64,000 nt of DNA from Candidatus Cloacimonadales bacterium (lineage in GTDB: Bacteria; Cloacimonadota; Cloacimonadia; Cloacimonadales; JAIOQZ01). The notes beneath the pieces were generated by a model. The model worked only from the letters and a program-made list of their open reading frames with translations, had not been told where the DNA came from and ran no database searches. The stretch is from contig OY762463.1 of NCBI GenBank assembly GCA_963665815.1, positions 1,120,001 through 1,184,000 on the forward strand, in the 5' to 3' direction. The position numbers and the translations under genes are program-made. Every line of letters begins with the position of its first letter. The first letter of the stretch is position 1. Below are positions 59,042-64,000 of the stretch, in pieces.

Positions 59042-62000
59042 TAATCCTCGGATTCCTCCTGAGTAACCTCATCATTGGTATCTGTAAAATGATGGAAATC
59101 AATGTCTGATGAAGACTTATAGCTGAATAAAATATCCTGCATCTTTTTTAATGAATCATATATTCGATTGAGATATCTGGACTGTTTTGGAGTTTTATCA
59201 TCCAGATCAAACGAGATAAGAAGCATTTCCAGATTTGCCTGAAGAACCATCAAAGGCTGGTTAAGTTCATGATTTGCAGTAACAGCCATTGCCAGAGCGG
59301 AACTCTTTCTTTCAAGTTGTATTATCTTCTCTTCAGAAGCTTTACGGGCATCAATATCAATCAGTATAGCAAGTATAGAATCAATATTGTTAAATCTGTC
59401 CTTGATTGCAGAGCAAGAAAGATTCACCCAGAAATCCCCCTGTCCTTCTCTAATAAACTTTAACTGTAGATGAAACTCAGTTTTCAAACCACTCTTAAGA
59501 TCATCCAGTTCTTGCTGTAAATCTCTACAACTTTCATCCAAACAATGCTCTGTGAATTTAGATCCTATAAGTTTTTTATCTTCTTTATTGAGCATAATAC
59601 CAAGATATTTATTACAGAATTGAACAGTGTTATCTTTATTAAGAATTACAATTCCGGCAACTGCATTGTTAAAGATAGCGGTAAGTTTTTCAACATGCTG
59701 CTTTGCTTCATCATTACGAAGAGCAACCATATGCTCTAATTTCCTGGTTTGTGCCTTAAGAACTTTCGTTTTTATATACAGTATAAGCTGTACAATAAGA
59801 ACTAACAGAACAATGTAGATTAACTTAAACCACCATGTCAACCAGATAGGAGATGCAATCTTAAACACTAACGAGGTTCCATTCTCATTCCAGATACCAT
59901 CACTATTGGATGCTTTTACCTGAAATGAGTATCTTCCGGGTTTAAGATTTGTATACTGAGCATATCTTTGATTAGCATTTACCTTTACCCAGTTTTCGTT
60001 GAAATTCAATAATTTATATGCGTACTGGTTTTTGTCCTGGAAAGTAAAATCCAAGGCAGCAAACTCAATCTTAAGAGATTTTACTGAATGAGGAAATTCG
60101 AATATTTCTTTTGACGGATCTGAAATCGGAACACGCTCTCCGTTAGCATAGAAACCTGTTATCAGTACCTGAGGTTCTCTGTTATCAACCTTAAGTTTAT
60201 TGTGAGCAATAATATTAAATCCATTCTGACCACCAAAGATCAGTTCCTGTTTACTGGTAATACCATAGGCTCCCTGATTGAATTCCTTCCCCTGAAGTCC
60301 CTTTTCCTCATCGAACACAGCAAAACTGTTGTTACTTAAATCATATCTGATTATCCCATTAGTAGAGCTCAGCCATAAGTAATCATCTAACTCCACGATA
60401 CCATAAACAACATCTGTCGGAAGTCCAATATCTTTCAGCCGCGTGAAAGATTTGTTCCTGATGTTAAACTTGTTAAGTCCTCCCCCATTGGTTCCAATCC
60501 AGATACAATCATCTTTATAATAAAGAGTCCATATAAAGTCTTCACTAAGTGATTTCGGATCATCAGGATCATTAGAATATTTCTCAAATTTCGCCAGATT
60601 ATGATTATAACGGATCAATCCACGTTCTGTACCTATCCAGATATCCCGTCTGTCATCCTCAACAATGTCATATACTATTCCCATTTCTTTAATAATTTTA
60701 TTATCTTCATCTGCAAAGTAATAAAACTGATTCGTTTCCGGGTAAAATACTGTTAGCCCTTTGTTTTCCCCTCCAATCCATATCCTGTTCTGAGAATCCT
60801 CATAAATAACCCTTACAACTTTCTCATCGCATTCCGGATAGATTTTTGAACTTCCATCACAAACATGTATTGTCTTTGTTTTTTGATCATAGATGTTTAT
60901 ATTCCCGAACCACTCACCTATCCAGAGACGCTTCTTTGAGTCCTCCAGAAAAGCAACTACAGTATTAGAAGTTATCTTTAAACCTTTTGAGTTTTTCGTA
61001 ATCTTTTTAAAATTACCGGTATCTCTATCCATTATGTTAATACCACCACCATCTGTTCCTATCCAGAGCTTACCATCATATGTTTCTGTCAGTGCATAAA
61101 CACTGTTATTTGAAAGAGAAGTATCATCATAATATAAGTTGTAATAGTGTTGTATAGCCTGATGATCAGGATTAAAGAAACTTAAACCATTTCCATAAGT
61201 TCCAATCCAGATATTTCTGGTGTTATCTTGATACACATAGCTAGTCACATTATGTGCAAGAGAATTTACAATACCGTTTTTATGAGTATAATTAGTTGAT
61301 ATTCCTGTTTCTTCATTAATACATCCGAGCCCGTGTCCCCAAATCGTAAACCAGACATTGTCTTCATCATCAACAAAAACACTCAGGATAATTTCTTTTG
61401 AGATGTCAATTCTTGATTTTCCTTTTCCAAGATATCTGATTTGCTCCAGCTTTTTCTTTTCCTTGTTCATTTTCCATAAACCGGACTCCCAGGTAGAGAT
61501 CCATAAATTCCCCTTGCTGTCATCTGTCATACTGATTACATGAATGCCTTCAGTCACTTCTATTGCATCAATTTCGTTGTTTTCAGGATCGTATTTAATA
61601 ATCTTTTCGTCTTTCCCGTTTATAATAACCATCCAGAGAACATTGTTGCTATCAATATAGTAATTATCTATACTGTCATATTCAAATTCACGGAATTTAC
61701 ATCTTGCCCTGTAGAGATTATCCTTTGTCCTGTCATACATTACGAATACATCATCGACTTTGGAAAGATGAAATGGAAAAGTCGAAACCTGCTTATAAAA
61801 GTCCTTGATTGTTAATTCGAGATCTTCTACAGGTTCTCCTTTAACGTAAAATCTTGTGAAATTCTCCTTATAAGGATCATATCTGTGAACAGCACCTTTT
61901 GTTCTTACCCAGAGTGTATTGTATTTATCTTCAAAAATACAGACAACATAATTACTGTTCAGACTTGTTACATCTCCATTGATCTTGCGGAATACTTTTA

Positions 62001-62196
62001 TTTCGTATCCGTCATATCTGTTCAACCCGTTTCTTGTTCCAAACCACAGATAACCCTTGTTATCCTGATGAACAGAACTAACAATATTCTGACTCAGCCC
62101 GTCTGATGTATTCAATTGGTGAAAATTAATATTCTCCAATGAAATCAGACAGATACTTGACAGCAGCAGAAAAACTGCAATAATACCTTTCAACAT
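59041..62196 (-). CDS. Two-component-regulator propeller (Reg_prop)/Y_Y_Y sensor with PAS and HisKA but no HATPase domain
   Basis: DGLSQN, QDNKGYLWFGT.GLNRYDG repeats; YYY (YAYKL, YTNLKPGRYSFQVKASNSDG); TM; PAS; TANHELNQPL; stop overlaps the permease start (TAATG). Confidence 0.85.
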   Translation of the reverse strand: MLKGIIAVFLLLSSICLISLENINFHQLNTSDGLSQNIVSSVHQDNKGYLWFGTRNGLNRYDGYEIKVFRKINGDVTSLNSNYVVCIFEDKYNTLWVRTKGAVHRYDPYKENFTRFYVKGEPVEDLELTIKDFYKQVSTFPFHLSKVDDVFVMYDRTKDNLYRARCKFREFEYDSIDNYYIDSNNVLWMVIINGKDEKIIKYDPENNEIDAIEVTEGIHVISMTDDSKGNLWISTWESGLWKMNKEKKKLEQIRYLGKGKSRIDISKEIILSVFVDDEDNVWFTIWGHGLGCINEETGISTNYTHKNGIVNSLAHNVTSYVYQDNTRNIWIGTYGNGLSFFNPDHQAIQHYYNLYYDDTSLSNNSVYALTETYDGKLWIGTDGGGINIMDRDTGNFKKITKNSKGLKITSNTVVAFLEDSKKRLWIGEWFGNINIYDQKTKTIHVCDGSSKIYPECDEKVVRVIYEDSQNRIWIGGENKGLTVFYPETNQFYYFADEDNKIIKEMGIVYDIVEDDRRDIWIGTERGLIRYNHNLAKFEKYSNDPDDPKSLSEDFIWTLYYKDDCIWIGTNGGGLNKFNIRNKSFTRLKDIGLPTDVVYGIVELDDYLWLSSTNGIIRYDLSNNSFAVFDEEKGLQGKEFNQGAYGITSKQELIFGGQNGFNIIAHNKLKVDNREPQVLITGFYANGERVPISDPSKEIFEFPHSVKSLKIEFAALDFTFQDKNQYAYKLLNFNENWVKVNANQRYAQYTNLKPGRYSFQVKASNSDGIWNENGTSLVFKIASPIWLTWWFKLIYIVLLVLIVQLILYIKTKVLKAQTRKLEHMVALRNDEAKQHVEKLTAIFNNAVAGIVILNKDNTVQFCNKYLGIMLNKEDKKLIGSKFTEHCLDESCRDLQQELDDLKSGLKTEFHLQLKFIREGQGDFWVNLSCSAIKDRFNNIDSILAILIDIDARKASEEKIIQLERKSSALAMAVTANHELNQPLMVLQANLEMLLISFDLDDKTPKQSRYLNRIYDSLKKMQDILFSYKSSSDIDFHHFTDTNDEVTQEESED

Positions 62197-62213
62197 AAAA
62201 CCTCTTTAATGTT

Positions 62214-62906
62214 TCATATTTCTATTTTTGCATTGAACTCAATAATTGTCAATTTTGATTTACTCTGTAAGAACTGTTTTTTCAATTCATTCATGTCAAT
62301 TCTGACTAAATCGAATGTATTATAATGCATGGGAATGACATTATCTACAGACAGTAACTCTGCAGCGACAACAGCATCTTTAATACCCATAGTAAAATTA
62401 TCCCCAACAGGAAGCAAAGCATAATCAATGTTCTCCATATCTCCATACAGCTTCATATCACTGAATAAAGCAGTATCTCCGGCATGATAAACAGTCGTTC
62501 CATCAAGCGTCAAAATATACCCGCAAGGATTACCAGTATAGTGTACAAATCCTGTCTCAGGGTCAGTCAAAGAGGAACTATGCTGTGCATAAACCATTTT
62601 TACTCGACCGAAAGGAAATTCATAACTTCCGCCTATCTGCATAGGATGATTTCTTATATCATATTTTCCAATCAAGGCTGCAAGTTCAAATGGAGCAATA
62701 ACTGTACATTTCCCATCTTTTGCAAGTTCAAACGTATCACCAACATGATCTCCATGACCGTGAGTAAGTAAAATATAGTCAGGCTTAATTGCATCATAAA
62801 GTAAAGTATCAAAATGTGGATTGTGCTTTAGAAAAGGATCTATAAGGATTGTAAAATCTTTGGTTTCAATCATAAAAGCAGAATGTCCGAAATAAGTTAA
62901 AAACAT
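62214..62906 (-). CDS. UPF0173 metal-dependent hydrolase (MBL fold)
   Basis: YFGHS, IDPF, THGHGDHVGD, YHAGDT, PMHYNTF; start moved to ATG 62906 (GGAG SD). Confidence 0.9.
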   Translation of the reverse strand: MFLTYFGHSAFMIETKDFTILIDPFLKHNPHFDTLLYDAIKPDYILLTHGHGDHVGDTFELAKDGKCTVIAPFELAALIGKYDIRNHPMQIGGSYEFPFGRVKMVYAQHSSSLTDPETGFVHYTGNPCGYILTLDGTTVYHAGDTALFSDMKLYGDMENIDYALLPVGDNFTMGIKDAVVAAELLSVDNVIPMHYNTFDLVRIDMNELKKQFLQSKSKLTIIEFNAKIEI

Positions 62907-62977
62907 ATTATCTATCTCCGATAAAACATAATTTGACATTTATATCATCTTTACCATGTTTTATTCAGGAGATTTAT

Positions 62978-64000
62978 ATGCAAGAAAATAAAATTGTGAA
63001 CATCATTCCTTATCCTCAAGAAGTAACTTTCAAGACAGGGTATAACTGTAATTTTACTACTGAATTCAACCGAGATGAATCACTTCCTGATGATCATTTC
63101 CGCATTGTTGTACATAAACAAAATATTGCGATTAACTACAACAACAAAAGATCAATGATATATGCAAACCAGATTATTAAACAATTAAAGAAAGAAAATA
63201 ATTCAATCCCATGTATGGAAATTTATGACTACCCTAAGTACACTTGGCGAGGAATGCATCTTGATGTAAGCCGTCATTTCTTCGATGTTGGTTTTGTAAT
63301 GCAATACATTGATGTGCTCTCCTACTATAGACTGAACTACTTTCACCTTCACCTGACAGACGATCAGGGATGGAGAATAGAAATCGATAAATATCCGGAA
63401 CTGACAAAGCACGGAGCATATAGAATAGATGAAAGCGGGGAGACTTACGGTGGTTTCTTCACAAAAAATGATTTAAAAAAAATCATTGAATATGCTGCAG
63501 AAAAGGGTATTGAAGTAGTTCCGGAGATTGATATGCCGGGACATATGCAGGCAGCAGTATCAACCTATAACTACCTGTCCTGTAAAGATGAAGAAACACA
63601 TGTCTGGAGTAAATGGGGAGTATCAGAAAACGTACTATGTCCAGGTAAAAAAACTACTTATGAGTTTGCATATAATGTTCTTGATGAGATAATAGATCTC
63701 TTCCCGTCAAGATTCATACATATAGGTGGAGATGAATGCCCAAAGGAAAACTGGAAGCACTGCAGTAAATGTCAGAAAGTGATTAGGGACAAAAATCTTA
63801 AAGACGAGAATGAATTACAAGCTCACTTCATCAAAGATATATGCGGCTACCTTCATGGAAAAGGAAAGATTGCATTAGGTTGGGATGAAATTCTTGAAGG
63901 TGATTTACAGACAGAAGCCTGGATTATGGCGTGGAGAAATGAAGGTGCGGTAAAGAATGCTCTGGAGAAAGGCTTCAAGACGATTGTAACTCCCAACAAT
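62978..64000 (+). CDS. GH20 beta-N-acetylhexosaminidase (runs off window end)
   Basis: Absent from the ORF track. ATG 62978 after AGGAG; IIPYP, WRGMHLDVSRHFF, HLHLTDDQGWRIEI, VPEIDMPGH, HIGGDE, GWDEIL. Confidence 0.92.
   Translation, partial: MQENKIVNIIPYPQEVTFKTGYNCNFTTEFNRDESLPDDHFRIVVHKQNIAINYNNKRSMIYANQIIKQLKKENNSIPCMEIYDYPKYTWRGMHLDVSRHFFDVGFVMQYIDVLSYYRLNYFHLHLTDDQGWRIEIDKYPELTKHGAYRIDESGETYGGFFTKNDLKKIIEYAAEKGIEVVPEIDMPGHMQAAVSTYNYLSCKDEETHVWSKWGVSENVLCPGKKTTYEFAYNVLDEIIDLFPSRFIHIGGDECPKENWKHCSKCQKVIRDKNLKDENELQAHFIKDICGYLHGKGKIALGWDEILEGDLQTEAWIMAWRNEGAVKNALEKGFKTIVTPNN

Noticed and set aside
59041-59300. Frameshift or stop-codon readthrough restoring a HATPase domain to the propeller sensor
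   Set aside because: The downstream DNA encodes an intact coupled permease, and a second gene (31289-31975) ends in the same way.
63203-63419. Two short minus-strand ORFs at the window end
   Set aside because: They are antisense to the GH20 gene, which the ORF track missed because it runs off the window.
1-64000. tRNA, rRNA, CRISPR, known riboswitches, transposases
   Set aside because: None recognised by eye in the intergenic regions; a covariance-model scan would be needed to exclude small RNAs.

Overview
AT-rich bacterial chromosomal window, probably FCB group and most likely Candidatus Cloacimonadota. This is inferred from five proteins ending in the NYPNPFNPET...IYNIKGQKVKTL...K(C/M)xLxK FlgD/Por-secretion-type C-terminal domain and from a group II GGGP synthase. 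I found no rRNA, tRNA, CRISPR array, transposase or prophage. Main contents: (1) four tandem ~975-aa secreted paralogs (753-13237) that appear to carry a DUF4900/PilX-associated pilus-type domain inserted into an Asp-box propeller; (2) about ten two-component genes with no DNA-binding output, including two phospho-acceptor (DHp) proteins with no ATPase domain and one His-less pseudokinase; (3) a tightly coupled operon of GGGP synthase, CpsB-type phosphatase, SDR, two methyltransferases, a flippase-like protein, MoxR and a secreted protein; (4) housekeeping genes (psuG, htpG with a CIRCE-like operator, MazG-like, rdgB, DUF1015, GT9, patatin, GH20); (5) non-coding structure: a ~455-bp highly folded MITE-like element between 16-bp direct repeats, a GTAG-REP-like cluster and an attenuator-like leader. 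All family calls come from motif recognition by eye, not database searches.
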